From positions 135,160,001 to 135,224,000 of the forward strand of contig OX597816.1 in NCBI GenBank assembly GCA_951406725.2: a stretch of DNA of 64,000 nt, given 5' to 3'. This stretch comes from Octopus vulgaris (lineage: Eukaryota). Position 1 is the stretch's first letter, and each line of letters starts with the position of its first letter. Made by a program: the position numbers and the translations under genes. Below, piece after piece: positions 63,494-64,000 of the stretch. The notes below the pieces were generated by a model. That model was given only the letters and a program-made list of their open reading frames with translations, did not search any database and was not told where the DNA came from.

Positions 63494-64000
63494 GTAAATA
63501 TTTCTATTCACTACCTGAAAAACTGACTCTTGTTGAGTCACTAAAGTATTATTGATTCAAAATTTTAGCCATAGATATAGCTTTGTGCATTTAGACAAGT
63601 GTTTTTAAACTTGTTAAGTAATGCTCCAATTATGTTACTGTGAACACAGGAGTAGGGATGAGAACATGTCTTTCTAGGTATTGATTGGATTACTGAAATC
63701 AATTTGGAAGGTGAGTTGATTTATTCACAACCATGATTTAGTTCTGCAGCAATATATGGTAATAATGTCTTAGTTTTACTTTGTCAAACTATCTAGTATC
63801 ACTTTGGTAGCTACAGAATAATTTAGTTTTTTGACACTGTACTGCATCCAACATGTTTGTAGTAGGAGCTAATCTTGATGTAATAAAGAATTATGATTTT
63901 GTTTTTGTTATACATTTTCATTTTGTTGACTTTTGGTGGTGTTGTTTCAAATGGGTAGATGTGATTATCTCAGATTATTTAAATCTTCTTTTCTTCTTGT

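Overview
AT-rich, repeat-dense animal genomic DNA. The SINE and RTE-LINE families and the long (TA)n tracts point to an octopus (inference). It holds two spliced housekeeping genes, head-to-head about 9 kb apart. One is a complete 8-exon CHMP1A (ESCRT-III; minus strand, 23560-40528, 201 aa). The other is the first 8 exons of an RPUSD2-like RluA-family pseudouridine synthase (plus strand, 49477 to beyond the window end). A third gene may start near 9 kb on the minus strand (weak support). The rest is mostly mobile DNA: a young 5'-truncated RTE LINE with an intact RT ORF, a PHD finger and an 11-unit structured 3' array; a nearly intact hAT transposase; a solo LTR; three CRE-type (restriction-like endonuclease) fragments, two of them next to promoters; a 5'-inverted CR1-type LINE; a Penelope-like relic; hammerhead-like motifs; and CACTA, mariner, piggyBac-MITE, Helitron and SINE copies. 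No prokaryotic features (CRISPR, operons) are present. Everything was read by eye. Exon boundaries were checked base by base; repeat boundaries are approximate.
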